Below, one piece after another: positions 1-9,898 of a DNA stretch of 64,000 nucleotides. Position numbers and translations under genes: made by a program. Below the pieces are notes generated by a model. The model was not told where the DNA came from. It saw only the letters and a list, made by a program, of their open reading frames with translations, and did no database searches. This stretch comes from Candidatus Saccharimonadota bacterium (GTDB lineage Bacteria > Patescibacteriota > Saccharimonadia > Saccharimonadales > DTSZ01): contig DTSZ01000001.1 in NCBI GenBank assembly GCA_012965045.1, positions 284,937 to 348,936 of the forward strand, written 5' to 3'. The first letter of the stretch is position 1; every line of letters starts with the position of its first letter.

Positions 1-340
1 CAATAGTACCAGTACCTGGTCGAGCAGGCTTTAGTAGCACTACTGCACCAGCGTGTTTCTTCTGGATTGTGTGTGGAATTGTGCCGTCTTTAATCGGAAC
101 AGTAATCATGTTCTTTTTAGCAACATCGACAGCTTTAGCAACAGCTAATTGAACGTCTTGACCTTTACTTACACCAACACCTACGCGAGTTTTATTATCG
201 CCAACAACTACCAAAGCTCGGAATCTGAACCGTCGGCCACCTTTAACAACTCGTGCAACACGGTCAATATTAATAACGTTTTCTGTAAATTCACTCACAG
301 GTCGGTCGTCTCGTCGGTTTTGTCGTCTATTGTCAGCCAT
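1..340 (-). CDS. rpsE: 30S ribosomal protein S5, N-terminal part (gene runs off left edge)
   Basis: Own reverse-strand translation from ATG at 340: MADNRRQNRRDDRPVSEFTENVINIDRVARVVKGGRRFRFRALVVVGDNKTRVGVGVSKGQD... (S5 family). Directly follows rplR as in spc operons. Absent from the ORF track because it is truncated by the window edge. Confidence 0.9.
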   Translation of the reverse strand, partial: MADNRRQNRRDDRPVSEFTENVINIDRVARVVKGGRRFRFRALVVVGDNKTRVGVGVSKGQDVQLAVAKAVDVAKKNMITVPIKDGTIPHTIQKKHAGAVVLLKPARPGTGTI

Positions 341-682
341 CTACAACTCCATTCCTTCTTCACGTAGCTTATCTGCGAATGCTTTTAGTTTACCGTGGTA
401 TTTTTTGCTGCCTCGGTCAAGCACAACGCTTGTTAGCTTTGCTTTTTTAGCTGCGGCCGCAAATTCTTTCGCAAATGTCGCTGCGCCTTCAATATTGCTA
501 GCCGAACCACTTTTCATTCCAAGCAGAGTCTTGTGATCAAGGTCATTTATAATCTGAGCGTGCATTGCAACATTAGACACGTGCACAGTTAGTCGTGGAC
601 GCTCAGCTGTACCGCGAATAATGTTTCGTACTCGTCGTTTGCGTGCTTCTTGTAATCGTCGTTTGTTATCAAGTCTTGCCAT
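341..682 (-). CDS. rplR: 50S ribosomal protein L18
   Basis: 113 aa. RRVRNIIRGTAERPRLTVHVSN... is typical L18. Sits between L6 and S5. Confidence 0.95.
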   Translation of the reverse strand: MARLDNKRRLQEARKRRVRNIIRGTAERPRLTVHVSNVAMHAQIINDLDHKTLLGMKSGSASNIEGAATFAKEFAAAAKKAKLTSVVLDRGSKKYHGKLKAFADKLREEGMEL

Positions 683-693
683 AATCTACCTTC

Positions 694-1227
694 CTACGCC
701 GCTGTCTTTCCAGCTTTACGTACAATGTATTCGTCTTTGTAGCGAATACCTTTTCCTTTGTACGGTTCTGGTTTTCTGATTTCCCGAATTTGAGCTGCCG
801 TCTGTCCTACAAGTTGCTTATCGTAACCAGTAACTTTGATTACATTTCCATTTACTTCAGCTTGAATGCCTTGAGGTACTTTAAACTCAACATCGTGTGA
901 ATAACCGATTGCAAACTTAAGGTTAGTGCCAGCCATTTGAACGCGGTAACCAACACCATGTAATTCAAGTTCTTTACTAAAGCCTTCGCTTAGGCCAACA
1001 ATCATGTTGTCGATTAGGGTGCGCATTAATCCGTGGTATCCACGAGTTTTCTTTTCGTCGTTCTGACGAGCAACTGTAATTGACTGGTCTTCGATGACCA
1101 CGTCTATACCTGGTAAAACGTCTTGCGAAAGTTCACCTTTTGAGCCACGAACAACTATTAGGCCGTCTTTAATTTCTACGGTTACACCTGAAGGAATTGT
1201 GATTGGTTGTCTACCTATACGACTCAT
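694..1227 (-). CDS. rplF: 50S ribosomal protein L6
   Basis: 177 aa. MSRIGRQPITIPSGVTV...KGKGIRYKDE is L6-like. spc operon order. Confidence 0.95.
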   Translation of the reverse strand: MSRIGRQPITIPSGVTVEIKDGLIVVRGSKGELSQDVLPGIDVVIEDQSITVARQNDEKKTRGYHGLMRTLIDNMIVGLSEGFSKELELHGVGYRVQMAGTNLKFAIGYSHDVEFKVPQGIQAEVNGNVIKVTGYDKQLVGQTAAQIREIRKPEPYKGKGIRYKDEYIVRKAGKTAA

Positions 1228-1623
1228 CTAAAATACCTTACACATTAGTTCGCCACCAATGCCCTCTGAACGTGCTTCTGCATCTGTCATTACACCTTTT
1301 GATGTACTTACAATCATTATTCCGCGACCGTCCATTACCTTAGGTATTTTGTCAGCCTTAACATACAGACGTCGGCCAGGCTTAGAAATACGAGCTAATT
1401 CGTTAATTTTCGGGCTTGAATCTGTCTTGTTTATAGTGATCTTAATCTCTTTAAACTTACCTTCTTCAATTGTTTCGATTGCTTCTAAAAAGCCAGCTTC
1501 AACTAGTAGCGTTGCAACTGTAAGCTTTAGCTTAGAAAAAGGAACACGAACTTGGTTTTTATTAACAGCGATTGCATTTCTGATTCTTGTTAACATGTCT
1601 GCGATTGGGTCTGTTGTAATCAT
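1228..1623 (-). CDS. rpsH: 30S ribosomal protein S8
   Basis: 131 aa. TDPIADMLTRIRNA N-terminus is the S8 hallmark. Confidence 0.95.
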   Translation of the reverse strand: MITTDPIADMLTRIRNAIAVNKNQVRVPFSKLKLTVATLLVEAGFLEAIETIEEGKFKEIKITINKTDSSPKINELARISKPGRRLYVKADKIPKVMDGRGIMIVSTSKGVMTDAEARSEGIGGELMCKVF

Positions 1624-1635
1624 AATTGTTCCTTT

Positions 1636-1905
1636 CTACCAGCTGGCCTTAGTGACGCCAGGGATATTACCTTTGCTTGCTTGTTCACGGAAAGTTACTC
1701 GAGATAAACCAAATTTACGCATATAACCTTTGCCACGACCGGTCATTGCGCAACGAGTAGTTCTTCGAGTTGGGCTTGAGTTACGAGGTAGCTTTGCTAA
1801 CCCTTCGTAATCGCCAAGCGCTTTAAGCTCAGCACGCTTTGCAGCGTATTTCTCAATCATTTTATCGCGCTTTTTATCGCGCTCTACTATAGAAGTTCGT
1901 GGCAT
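1636..1905 (-). CDS. rpsN: 30S ribosomal protein S14 (long, non-zinc type)
   Basis: 89 aa. C-terminal [27 protein letters not shown]. Sits between L5 and S8. Confidence 0.9.
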   Translation of the reverse strand: MPRTSIVERDKKRDKMIEKYAAKRAELKALGDYEGLAKLPRNSSPTRRTTRCAMTGRGKGYMRKFGLSRVTFREQASKGNIPGVTKASW

Positions 1906-2477
1906 TACTTATTCTCCTTTTGTAGCGGTACGCCTAGTTTGCGCAGAAGAGCCTTTGAAGATTCCTTATCTTCTGCTGTTGTTACAATGTTAATCTGTAG
2001 CCCGTGCAATACGGCTGTGTCTTCAAATGTTAACTCAGGGAAAATTGACTGTTCTTTGATCCCAATACTGTAGTTTCCTTGTGGGTCAAATGACTTAATG
2101 CTTACACCGTGGAAGTCACGAACCCGAGGTAGGACTATGCTCACAACGCGGTCTAAGAATTCGTACATTCGCGCACCGCGCAGAGTAACTCGGTAGCCAA
2201 CAACTTCGCCTTCACGAAGTTTGAATCCTGCAATCGATTTGCGAGACTTGGTTTCTGCTGGTTGCTGACCGGTGATTTTCCGTAGTGTGTTAATAACCGT
2301 TTCTTTCATGCGGTTATCACCTTTGCTGCGACCGACGCCAACGTTTACAACAATCTTTTCAAGCTTAGGAACTTGATTGATGTTACTTAGATTAAGTTCT
2401 TTTTTAAGCTCATCACGAACGGAGTCAAGATATAGCTGGTGAATTCGTGGTCTCTGTACTGCAGTTTTGGTAGCCAT
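1905..2477 (-). CDS. rplE: 50S ribosomal protein L5
   Basis: 190 aa L5 family sequence. 1-nt overlaps with both neighbours. Confidence 0.95.
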   Translation of the reverse strand: MATKTAVQRPRIHQLYLDSVRDELKKELNLSNINQVPKLEKIVVNVGVGRSKGDNRMKETVINTLRKITGQQPAETKSRKSIAGFKLREGEVVGYRVTLRGARMYEFLDRVVSIVLPRVRDFHGVSIKSFDPQGNYSIGIKEQSIFPELTFEDTAVLHGLQINIVTTAEDKESSKALLRKLGVPLQKENK

Positions 2478-2800
2478 TACTTAATCTCCTTTCCGTTTGC
2501 TTTAAAAATACGAGTCTTGTTACCTTTGTCGTCAACTTTGTAGCCAATTCGTGTAGTCTGGTCTTTCTTACTTGGGTGAACAATCCCAACTTTAGAAACC
2601 CAAATTGGTTTAGTAATTTCAACCACTGCCCCAGTATTGTTTTGTTGGTTTGGCTTACGGTGTTTTTTAACAACATTAACGCCTTCAACGGTAACTTTGT
2701 TGTCTTTAGGGTGCACAGCAGTTACTTTGCCGGTCTTACCTTTGTCGCGGCCAGATCGAACCATAACAGTGTCACCTACGCGAAGTTTTACAGTGTTCAT
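2477..2800 (-). CDS. rplX: 50S ribosomal protein L24
   Basis: 107 aa. KVGDTVMVRSGRDKGKTGKV is the KOW motif. Confidence 0.95.
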   Translation of the reverse strand: MNTVKLRVGDTVMVRSGRDKGKTGKVTAVHPKDNKVTVEGVNVVKKHRKPNQQNNTGAVVEITKPIWVSKVGIVHPSKKDQTTRIGYKVDDKGNKTRIFKANGKEIK

Positions 2801-3168
2801 TACAGAACCTCCGGTGCGAGTGAAATTATTTTCATGTAGCCCATGTCACGAAGTTCACGAGGTACAGGTCCAAAAATACGAGTTGCACGAGGCTGTTTGT
2901 CTTCGCCGATGATTACAGCTGCGTTGTCATCAAATTTAATTGTAGAGCCGTCTTTACGGCGAATAGTGTTCTGAGTTCGAACAACAACTGCTTGCACAAC
3001 ACTTTTCTTTTTAACTTGGCCGGTTGGGCTAGCTTGCTTAACGGTAGCGGTAATAACGTCACCAACTTTGGCGTATCGTTTTTTTGAGCTACCAAGTACA
3101 CGAATACAAAGAATTTCTTTAGCTCCACTGTTGTCAGTTACTTTTAGTCTGCTTTCTTGTTGAATCAT
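2800..3168 (-). CDS. rplN: 50S ribosomal protein L14
   Basis: 122 aa. [17 protein letters not shown] is a canonical L14 start. Confidence 0.97.
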   Translation of the reverse strand: MIQQESRLKVTDNSGAKEILCIRVLGSSKKRYAKVGDVITATVKQASPTGQVKKKSVVQAVVVRTQNTIRRKDGSTIKFDDNAAVIIGEDKQPRATRIFGPVPRELRDMGYMKIISLAPEVL

Positions 3169-3413
3169 GCTAGACCTGCCTTTTTGGTAACTTCTTTAAG
3201 GTTCCATCGCTTAAGTCGAGACTTTGGTGGACATTCAACAATAGCTACAGAGTCACCGAGTTCGGCTTCGTTCTTTTCGTCGTGAGCGTGGTACTTCTTA
3301 GATACAATATAGGCTTTACTGTAGATCGGGTGTTGAGTACGACGATCAACACGCACAACAATAGTTTTGTTGTTTTTAGCAGAAACCACAGTTCCATTTA
3401 AAATACGTGCCAT
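3165..3413 (-). CDS. rpsQ: 30S ribosomal protein S17
   Basis: 82 aa. [18 protein letters not shown]...HPIYSK is S17-like. Confidence 0.93.
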   Translation of the reverse strand: MARILNGTVVSAKNNKTIVVRVDRRTQHPIYSKAYIVSKKYHAHDEKNEAELGDSVAIVECPPKSRLKRWNLKEVTKKAGLA

Positions 3414-3613
3414 TACGCTGTCTCCTCTTTTGTCTCTTCATTAATTACAGTTAAAATTTTTGCGATGTCAGTTCGAAGTTGTCGAGCTTCGTGTAGGTTG
3501 CCCCGTTCACTTACTCGCTTTTCCCTAACCTTCTCGGCAAGCTCTGCTCGCTTAGTAGCAAGTAGATCTTGGAGTTTTTTCACATCTTGTCCGCGAATTT
3601 CAGAAATATTCAT
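3413..3613 (-). CDS. rpmC: 50S ribosomal protein L29
   Basis: 66 aa helical protein between L16 and S17. Confidence 0.9.
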   Translation of the reverse strand: MNISEIRGQDVKKLQDLLATKRAELAEKVREKRVSERGNLHEARQLRTDIAKILTVINEETKEETA

Positions 3614-3618
3614 CGTCT

Positions 3619-4041
3619 TTACGCCTCTCCTGGAACTTCTTTAATCACAAATTTGGTCTTAACCGGTAGCTTGTGGGCTGCAAGTCGCATAGCTTCTCGA
3701 GCGATATCTTCAGTTACACCGTCCATTTCGAACATAATTGTGCCAGGCTTAACTTTTGCAACGTGGAATTCTGGGTTACCTTTGCCGCTACCCATTTTTA
3801 GACCTAAAGCCTTACGAGTAACTGGGGTGTGTGGGAATATTCGAATCCAGATTTTTCCACCACGTTTTACGTAACGAGTCATTGCTCGTCGAGATGCTTC
3901 GATTTGTCGTGAAGTAATTCGCTCAGCAGTGGTTGCGCGTAAGCCGTACCTACCGAAGCTGATTTCATTGTTACTACTAGCAACACCGCGGTTTTTACCT
4001 TTACGTACTTTTCGGTACTTTTGTTTATTCGGCATTAACAT
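3619..4041 (-). CDS. rplP: 50S ribosomal protein L16
   Basis: 140 aa. [15 protein letters not shown]...[26 protein letters not shown] is L16-like. Confidence 0.96.
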   Translation of the reverse strand: MLMPNKQKYRKVRKGKNRGVASSNNEISFGRYGLRATTAERITSRQIEASRRAMTRYVKRGGKIWIRIFPHTPVTRKALGLKMGSGKGNPEFHVAKVKPGTIMFEMDGVTEDIAREAMRLAAHKLPVKTKFVIKEVPGEA

Positions 4042-4043
4042 GA

Positions 4044-4673
4044 CTACAGAACCTCACCTTTGTTAATCCAAACTTTTATGCCAATCTTGCCAGCTGCCGT
4101 GTGAGCTTCAACAAGCGCATAATCAATGTCAGCACGAATAGTGTGTAGAGGAACAGAACCTTGAATTTCTTTTTCGCGACGTGCCATTTCTGCATTGTTA
4201 AGTCGGCCAGCAACTTCGATACGAATTCCCTTAGCACCAGCGCGCATAGCGTTAGCAGCGGCTTGCTTTACTGCTCGGCGGAAGTTGATGCGTCGTTCAA
4301 GTTGATTAGCGATGTTATCAGCTACAACTTTGGCATATACTTCTGGCTTTTTAATTTCTTCAATGTTTACACGAACAGTAGTTTTTAGGATCTTTTCTAC
4401 ATCTGCCTTAAGTTTTTGCGCACCAGCACCACCGCGACCAATCACAACACCAGCTTTTGCGGTGTAGATAGTAACAGTAGTTAAGCTTGGTGATCGCTCA
4501 ATCTCAACGCGGTTTATAGCACCACGCTTACCAAATGTGTCGTCAATTAACTGACGAACTTGCAAATCTTGAGCAAGCTGGTCTTTATATTGTGTGCCTG
4601 AAGCAAACCAACGTGATCGCCAGTTTTTGTTAACTTGCAGACGCATGCTGGTAGGGTTAACTTTTTGGCCCAT
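4044..4673 (-). CDS. rpsC: 30S ribosomal protein S3
   Basis: 209 aa. [12 protein letters not shown]... with KH domain, S3 family. Confidence 0.96.
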   Translation of the reverse strand: MGQKVNPTSMRLQVNKNWRSRWFASGTQYKDQLAQDLQVRQLIDDTFGKRGAINRVEIERSPSLTTVTIYTAKAGVVIGRGGAGAQKLKADVEKILKTTVRVNIEEIKKPEVYAKVVADNIANQLERRINFRRAVKQAAANAMRAGAKGIRIEVAGRLNNAEMARREKEIQGSVPLHTIRADIDYALVEAHTAAGKIGIKVWINKGEVL

Positions 4674-5149
4674 TACTTGGTCTCCTTCTTAGCTTTAGTA
4701 GTAGTCTTTTTTGCAGCTGGTTTCTTAGTGGCGGTTGCTTTCTTGGTAGCAGTCTTTTTAGCTGCAGGCTTAGTAGTATTACTCTCTGCTGGTTTATCGC
4801 TGGTTTGAGGGTTTTCTGTGATTGAAGAAAGTGCAACTGAAATATTACTTGATCGTCGTTTGTATGGTTTTGCTCGTCCCATCGCCGCAGCTCTGAATCG
4901 CTTTAAGGCTGGTCCGTGACCGACTTGAATGCTTTCAATGAACAAATCGTTCTTTTTCATTTTATTGTTGTGAACAGCATTAGCTACAGCTGAATTTATT
5001 AGTTTAGCTACAGGTTCTGCTGCTCGACGTGGTACGTGTTCTAAAATTACTAATGCGTCTGCTACAGTTCGACCACGAACTAATGAAATTACTTCATGTA
5101 CTTTTCTTGGACTCATGCGCACACCGTTGGCTTTTGCTATAACACTCAT
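4673..5149 (-). CDS. rplV: 50S ribosomal protein L22 with Lys/Ala/Thr-rich C-terminal tail
   Basis: 158 aa. L22 core (RMSPRKVHEVISLVRG...) followed by a ~45-aa tail KPAAKKTATKKATATKKPAAKKTTTKAKKETK. Confidence 0.93.
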   Translation of the reverse strand: MSVIAKANGVRMSPRKVHEVISLVRGRTVADALVILEHVPRRAAEPVAKLINSAVANAVHNNKMKKNDLFIESIQVGHGPALKRFRAAAMGRAKPYKRRSSNISVALSSITENPQTSDKPAESNTTKPAAKKTATKKATATKKPAAKKTTTKAKKETK

Positions 5150-5151
5150 AA

Positions 5152-5418
5152 TTACTTAGCTAACTTTCCACCGTGCTTACGGAACTTACGAGTTGGGGCA
5201 AATTCACCAAGTTTGTGACCAACCATGTTTTCGGTAATAAATACTGGAACGTGAACCTTACCATTATGTACAGCGATAGTTCTGCCAACCATTTCAGGGC
5301 TAATAGTGCTGGCGCGGGCCCAGGTTTTAATAACACTGCGGTCATCAGCTCCGAGTGCGTCAACTTTTTTAGCTAGTTTAAAATCTACAAATGGTCCTTT
5401 TTTCAGTGAACGACTCAT
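5152..5418 (-). CDS. rpsS: 30S ribosomal protein S19
   Basis: 88 aa. [12 protein letters not shown]...[11 protein letters not shown] is S19-like. Confidence 0.96.
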   Translation of the reverse strand: MSRSLKKGPFVDFKLAKKVDALGADDRSVIKTWARASTISPEMVGRTIAVHNGKVHVPVFITENMVGHKLGEFAPTRKFRKHGGKLAK

Positions 5419-5421
5419 ATA

Positions 5422-6261
5422 CTACCTCTTCCTCTTAGCCTGGTGGCGGTTACGTACAATAAATGCGTCAGAACTTTTTCGGCGACGTGTTTTGTAGCCA
5501 AGGGTTAATTGACCCCATGGAGTTTTTGGATCTCGTCCTGGGCCGTGACTACCACCGTCACCACCACCGTGCGGGTGATCTGCAGCGTTCATTACGACTC
5601 CTCGAACGCTTGGGCGCCATCCCATTCGTCGTCGACGACCGGCGCTACCCCATTTAATGTTCTGATGTTGTTCATTTCCAACGCTACCAATTGTAGCCAT
5701 GCAGCTAAGGTGGATTTTTCGGATTTCACTACTTGGTAGGCGCACTTGTGCGTATTCACCTTCTTTAGAAGTAAGCTGTGCACGATTACCCGCGCTGCGA
5801 ACAAGTTGTCCACCTTTACCTGGTTTCATTTCAATATTGTAAATAACGCTACCGGTTGGGATAGTTTTTAAAGTCATTCGGTTACCGGGTTCGATCGGTA
5901 CTTCTTCGCCGCTTTCAATCACCATACCCTTGTGCATTTGTGCTGAAGCAAGAATGTAGTGCAACTTGTCATTTTGGTCTTTAACTAAAGCAATGTTAGC
6001 TGAACGGTTAGGGTCATATTCAATAGCTTCAATTGTAGCTTTTGTTCCAGCTGGCAAGCCAAACGTGATGTGTCGGTAGTAGCGCTTTACACCAGAACCA
6101 CGGTGCCGAGTTGTTATACGACCTTGGTTGTTTCGTCCAGCGGTAGACTTTTTAATAGACGTTAGTGACTTGGTTGGTTTCTTTTTTGTGATTTGGTCAA
6201 AATCACGAGTAGTCATGCCGCGTCGGCCAGGAGTAGTTGCTTTATAGTTTTTTACAGCCAT
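5422..6261 (-). CDS. rplB: 50S ribosomal protein L2
   Basis: 279 aa. HPHGGGDG...KTRR, L2 family. Confidence 0.97.
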   Translation of the reverse strand: MAVKNYKATTPGRRGMTTRDFDQITKKKPTKSLTSIKKSTAGRNNQGRITTRHRGSGVKRYYRHITFGLPAGTKATIEAIEYDPNRSANIALVKDQNDKLHYILASAQMHKGMVIESGEEVPIEPGNRMTLKTIPTGSVIYNIEMKPGKGGQLVRSAGNRAQLTSKEGEYAQVRLPSSEIRKIHLSCMATIGSVGNEQHQNIKWGSAGRRRRMGWRPSVRGVVMNAADHPHGGGDGGSHGPGRDPKTPWGQLTLGYKTRRRKSSDAFIVRNRHQAKRKR

Positions 6262-6554
6262 TACGAAATATCCTCAAAAAACGGCAGTGTTTTGCCGGGC
6301 ATTAATGTTACGTATGCACGCTTTACGGTTTTGCGCTTTCCCTCAATTGGGTAGCGTCGTTTACGTGGGGTGGTTTTAACTTTACCTTTAGCAACGGCAG
6401 TTCTTACAGACTTAACTGAAACATCATACTGCTCTTGAACAGCTTCCTTGATTTGTTGCTTATTAGCAGACGGATCAACGTCAAACATGTACGTATTACC
6501 TTGTTCGCTTAAGAAATAGCTTTTTTCAGAGATTCGAGGTTGAATAAAAATCAT
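6261..6554 (-). CDS. rplW: 50S ribosomal protein L23
   Basis: The ORF-track ORF (to 6581) begins at a TTG. The internal ATG at 6554 (MIFIQPRISEKS...) forms a TAATG overlap with the rplD stop, so it was chosen as start. Confidence 0.9.
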   Translation of the reverse strand: MIFIQPRISEKSYFLSEQGNTYMFDVDPSANKQQIKEAVQEQYDVSVKSVRTAVAKGKVKTTPRKRRYPIEGKRKTVKRAYVTLMPGKTLPFFEDIS

Positions 6555-7198
6555 TACTTGCTCTCCTTGTCTGCAAGCCAAGCGTCAACAACGTCAAGAG
6601 CTTTTTTAGTAAATACAACGCTGTGAGCATTTAAGATGTCGTACACGTTTAGGTAGTTAGCTTGAACCAGTTTCACAAAATCAAGGTTGTTAGTTGCCCG
6701 AACATTTTGATCAGTTTTGTTGTCAACTACGAGCACTACCGATCGAGTAGAGTCGAGCTTAGTCATTAGTTCAGCAGCATGCTTTGTTTTACCGTCTTTT
6801 GCTACAAAATCATCGATAACTTTAATTGTTCCAGCATTTGCAGCAACACTCAATGCTTGTTTAACGGCAGTCTTTTTAGCCTTACGGTTTAATTGTTTGC
6901 TGTAATTACGGTTGTTTGAAGGACCAAAGGTTACTCCACCGCCACGCCAGATTGGTGAGCGGATAGAACCGTGACGAGCACGACCAGTACCTTTTTGCTT
7001 CCATGGTTTACGTCCACCACCACGAACTTCACCGCGACCAAGAACACTAGCTACGCGAGTTCGGCCATTTGCTTGGTGAGTTAGGTAGGCTTGGTGTAAT
7101 AACGAGTGGTCTTTAACTTCAAGGCCAAATACATCTTTGTTAAGTTTTGCCGCAGTTGCTGCTTTAGTACCGGTTTTTGAATATGTTGCAACAGCCAT
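6554..7198 (-). CDS. rplD: 50S ribosomal protein L4
   Basis: 214 aa. RGGGRKPWKQKGTGRARHGSIRSPIWRGGGVTFGP is L4-like. Confidence 0.95.
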   Translation of the reverse strand: MAVATYSKTGTKAATAAKLNKDVFGLEVKDHSLLHQAYLTHQANGRTRVASVLGRGEVRGGGRKPWKQKGTGRARHGSIRSPIWRGGGVTFGPSNNRNYSKQLNRKAKKTAVKQALSVAANAGTIKVIDDFVAKDGKTKHAAELMTKLDSTRSVVLVVDNKTDQNVRATNNLDFVKLVQANYLNVYDILNAHSVVFTKKALDVVDAWLADKESK

Positions 7199-7818
7199 TA
7201 TGCAATACCTCTAATTACGACGTGTCCTCGTTTTGGACCAGGAACAGCGCCTTTAATACCAACTAGTTGGTTCTTTTCGTCAACATAGGCAACTTTAAGA
7301 TTAAGTGTAGTAGTTGTTTCACCACCCATGCGTCCAGCCATTCGTTTACCTTTAAAGACTTTTTGTGGGTACATAGAGCCGATAGAGCCTGGTCGTCGAA
7401 CATAGCCGTTTCCACCGTGCGTTCGCTTACTGGTGTTAAAGTTATGTCGCTTAACAGTTCCTGCCCAACCTTTTCCTTTGCTTGTACCGGTAACTTTAAC
7501 TTTGTCGCCAATTTCGAAAATTCCAGCATTAAAAGAGCCGCCAACTGACGACTCTTCTGATAATTCCATGTCTCGAACTTCACGAATAAATTTAGGTTGT
7601 GATTTTACGTTATTCTTTTTAAGACCGTCTGCTTGCGGTTTCTTCATGTGCTTTGCTTCACCGTAACCAAGCTGTACAGCTGTGTAGCCGTCAGTTTCTT
7701 CTGTGCGCACACCAGTAATAGTGTTTTCGCCAACATGAATTAAGGTAACAGGAACCATAGCACCATCGTCGTTGATGATTTGAGTCATTCCGATTTTTTT
7801 ACCGAGCAAAGCTTTCAC
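7198..7818 (-). CDS. rplC: 50S ribosomal protein L3 (GTG start)
   Basis: 206 aa. LGKKIGMTQI...VTGTSKGKGWAGTVKRHNF is L3-like. The start codon is GTG (read from sequence). Confidence 0.95.
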   Translation of the reverse strand: MKALLGKKIGMTQIINDDGAMVPVTLIHVGENTITGVRTEETDGYTAVQLGYGEAKHMKKPQADGLKKNNVKSQPKFIREVRDMELSEESSVGGSFNAGIFEIGDKVKVTGTSKGKGWAGTVKRHNFNTSKRTHGGNGYVRRPGSIGSMYPQKVFKGKRMAGRMGGETTTTLNLKVAYVDEKNQLVGIKGAVPGPKRGHVVIRGIA

Positions 7819-7944
7819 GCTTGATTCCCCTTGTCATACGCGTATAAAAAATACGGGCTGGTGAGCGGTTTTTAGATGTGCATATCTGTTATCTAAACCT
7901 TCTCAGTCGCCACGCAACATACACGTGTTTTTGTACTTCCATTA

Positions 7945-7973
7945 ACACTACAGTCAAAGACTACTGTTGTCAA
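7945..7973 (-). promoter_or_regulatory. Sigma-70-like promoter for rplC and downstream genes (TTGACA-17-TAGTGT)
   Basis: Minus strand reads TTGACA (7973-7968), a 17-nt spacer, then TAGTGT (7950-7945), about 125 nt upstream of the rplC GTG. Confidence 0.45.
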
Positions 7974-7991
7974 CACTTGTTCTGGGATTTT

Positions 7992-8216
7992 TTATAATTT
8001 GTTTCTGCGCCGCCACACAACAAAAAAAGTTGCGTACGTTGCATAAATTAAAAGAAACACTCCGATTAAACTTGGATCTGGATTTTTCGCTTTTTCATAT
8101 AAAATAATCAGTTCCACTAGTGTAATGAAGAAAAAAAAGAGCTGAAAAGCTAAATGCTTAGCATAAATGGCCATTCTTTTTGGAAAATTTAACTTCGAAA
8201 ATGAATTTTTGTTCAC
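7992..8216 (-). CDS. Hypothetical small membrane protein (2 predicted TM)
   Basis: 74 aa. Hydrophobic runs FQLFFFFITLVELIILY and LIGVFLLIYATYATFFVVW. 4-nt overlap with the upstream ORF. No recognisable family. Confidence 0.55.
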   Translation of the reverse strand: MNKNSFSKLNFPKRMAIYAKHLAFQLFFFFITLVELIILYEKAKNPDPSLIGVFLLIYATYATFFVVWRRRNKL

Positions 8217-8470
8217 AATAAGAAAACAAGCCCAAGCGGTGCCACGTAACTTAGTGCAGCGCTGGCTAGAAGAATTGCATATTCAATTTTCCTATCAAGC
8301 TGAAAATGATCATGATGAGCAAATAACAACCCGACAATAAATCCAATTGGGATAGTTTTAGTTATACCGGCGGTTTGATCGAAGGCAATCCACACCCCAC
8401 CCAAAATAAAAAATAATACTATTTTTAAAAAATACAGCGAATCTGGCTCTTCACTCTGTTTATTAGACAT
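8213..8470 (-). CDS. Hypothetical small membrane protein (about 3 TM)
   Basis: 85 aa with hydrophobic segments. 8-nt overlap with the upstream ORF. No recognisable family. Confidence 0.6.
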   Translation of the reverse strand: MSNKQSEEPDSLYFLKIVLFFILGGVWIAFDQTAGITKTIPIGFIVGLLFAHHDHFQLDRKIEYAILLASAALSYVAPLGLVFLL

Positions 8471-8759
8471 CGATTAATTCACTTTCTGGCAAAACTATCT
8501 CTTGACTTTCATCTGTTCCTGCTTGGCAAGCTAAGCTTATTGAATCTATTGCGCCTAACATCTCTAGTGACGAAGCGTCAGTCGCAACAATCTCATCTGC
8601 TGCTCTTGCAAGTTTAGACGTTGCAAAATAACAGTTTTGGCACGCTTCTTCCAGTCCCCTTAACGCAAGTTCGAAATAAACATTCGATTTAATTTCAGGA
8701 TTGGGGTACTTACTGTCACCGGCAATCTTCAATTCTTCGAGTAGTTCTGTTGTATTCAT
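8463..8759 (-). CDS. Hypothetical acidic protein (98 aa, 3 Cys)
   Basis: Same-strand ORF, first gene of the second coupled triplet. No recognisable motif. Confidence 0.6.
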   Translation of the reverse strand: MNTTELLEELKIAGDSKYPNPEIKSNVYFELALRGLEEACQNCYFATSKLARAADEIVATDASSLEMLGAIDSISLACQAGTDESQEIVLPESELIDV

Positions 8760-8897
8760 ACTTATGATCTTACTCGACAGTTACCGATTTTGCTAGATCG
8801 CCAGCTATACGGACTTCGTCCAGCTTAGATATTTGCTAGTAATAAGTAAGAGGATTTATTTGTAGGCAACTATACTGAAGATGAACGAATCCAATCG

Positions 8898-9551
8898 CTA
8901 CTCGGTTCTTATCTCTACTATAAACACCGCAGCTTTTTCTCGTCTTGTAGTTTGCAGCGTCAGTGAATCGCGACTCTTGTCTAACGTCAACTTGTCCTCA
9001 CCCTCAAAATGGTACACCCGTTCAGAAAATATTAGTGCTGACAAATGACTAACATTTCGAATGTTGCCATCAAGGTCATAAAGATAACCCGTGGCACTGC
9101 GCAGCGCATGATCGTCTATTCTCGGGACTACTTCATCTGCAATACTATTGGCTGTTCTGGCGGTTCTTCCGTGTTCAATCAAGTGCGCTTTAATTGATAA
9201 CTTTACACCTTGAAGAGTATCAGCTAGTACTCTTGCAATTCTGTTCGATTCTGTAGTTTGCAGAACCTCTTCATCGACTGAGTCCGCAGAATTGGCAATT
9301 CTTGCGCGAACAACCGTGACAGAACCCAAGTGGTTTGCTTTGTTTCCCTGTTCAACGGGGTGAATCATCCCGTAGGGTGATTCCGATACGTAAATTGGTT
9401 GATCATGATGTGTACTGCTTTCAATAGTTTCGCCAACCAACCACGAATTTTCTAACTCTTCTATTACCGGCTGGACTATTTCGCCTTCCGTTGGTAGTCG
9501 GTAGCCTGCTAGATAGTCTCTTTGAATATTTGGCTGAGCTTCTATACTCAT
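8898..9551 (-). CDS. Hypothetical soluble protein (217 aa)
   Basis: Longest ORF of the rpsJ-rplC insert, 2-nt gap to the upstream ORF. No motif I can name. Confidence 0.7.
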   Translation of the reverse strand: MSIEAQPNIQRDYLAGYRLPTEGEIVQPVIEELENSWLVGETIESSTHHDQPIYVSESPYGMIHPVEQGNKANHLGSVTVVRARIANSADSVDEEVLQTTESNRIARVLADTLQGVKLSIKAHLIEHGRTARTANSIADEVVPRIDDHALRSATGYLYDLDGNIRNVSHLSALIFSERVYHFEGEDKLTLDKSRDSLTLQTTRREKAAVFIVEIRTE

Positions 9552-9553
9552 AA

Positions 9554-9898
9554 TTAATCCTTTGATTTGAAGTAATACCCAATTACAAACCCAAGCACGG
9601 GGCCTAAAATTGATCCGTATTGTTGCATCAAATCCGGCAGTGACAACCGTAAACTGTCAAAATTTGAGTCTCCAGATACTGCAGCATTATAAGTTGGTAT
9701 GCCAACTATCAATAACGTTAATATGACAAAAAAATATTTGACCGATTGTTTAGCTATTTCATCACGCGTAGAAGTGTCACTAACTTTTGATAAAGCAGAA
9801 ACTAGTTCTGGCAGGGTGTCGTCTCGTTCATTTATTCGCTTTTCAAGTTCTACTTTTAACTCTTGCTGTTTGCGTTTACTGGTTAGTGGCTCAGCCAT
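9554..9898 (-). CDS. Hypothetical membrane protein (coiled N-terminus plus 2 TM)
   Basis: The ORF-track start at 9928 is TTG. The ATG at 9898 forms an ATGGCTGA overlap with the upstream stop. TM runs are YFFVILTLLIVGIP and SILGPVLGFVIGYYF. Confidence 0.65.
   Translation of the reverse strand: MAEPLTSKRKQQELKVELEKRINERDDTLPELVSALSKVSDTSTRDEIAKQSVKYFFVILTLLIVGIPTYNAAVSGDSNFDSLRLSLPDLMQQYGSILGPVLGFVIGYYFKSKD

Noticed and set aside
2425-7583. Same-strand alternative-frame ORFs within ribosomal genes (2425-2688, 2913-3128, 5160-5363, 5592-5813, 7263-7583) and 15768-15995 overlapping rpsL
   Set aside because: They are embedded in canonical ribosomal protein genes and show no independent start signals.
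7855-7875. Shared 11-mer TGGTGAGCGGT at 7859 and 29655, considered as a possible att site or repeat
   Set aside because: Hundreds of 11-mer coincidences are expected by chance in 64 kb, and there is no extended similarity around the two copies.
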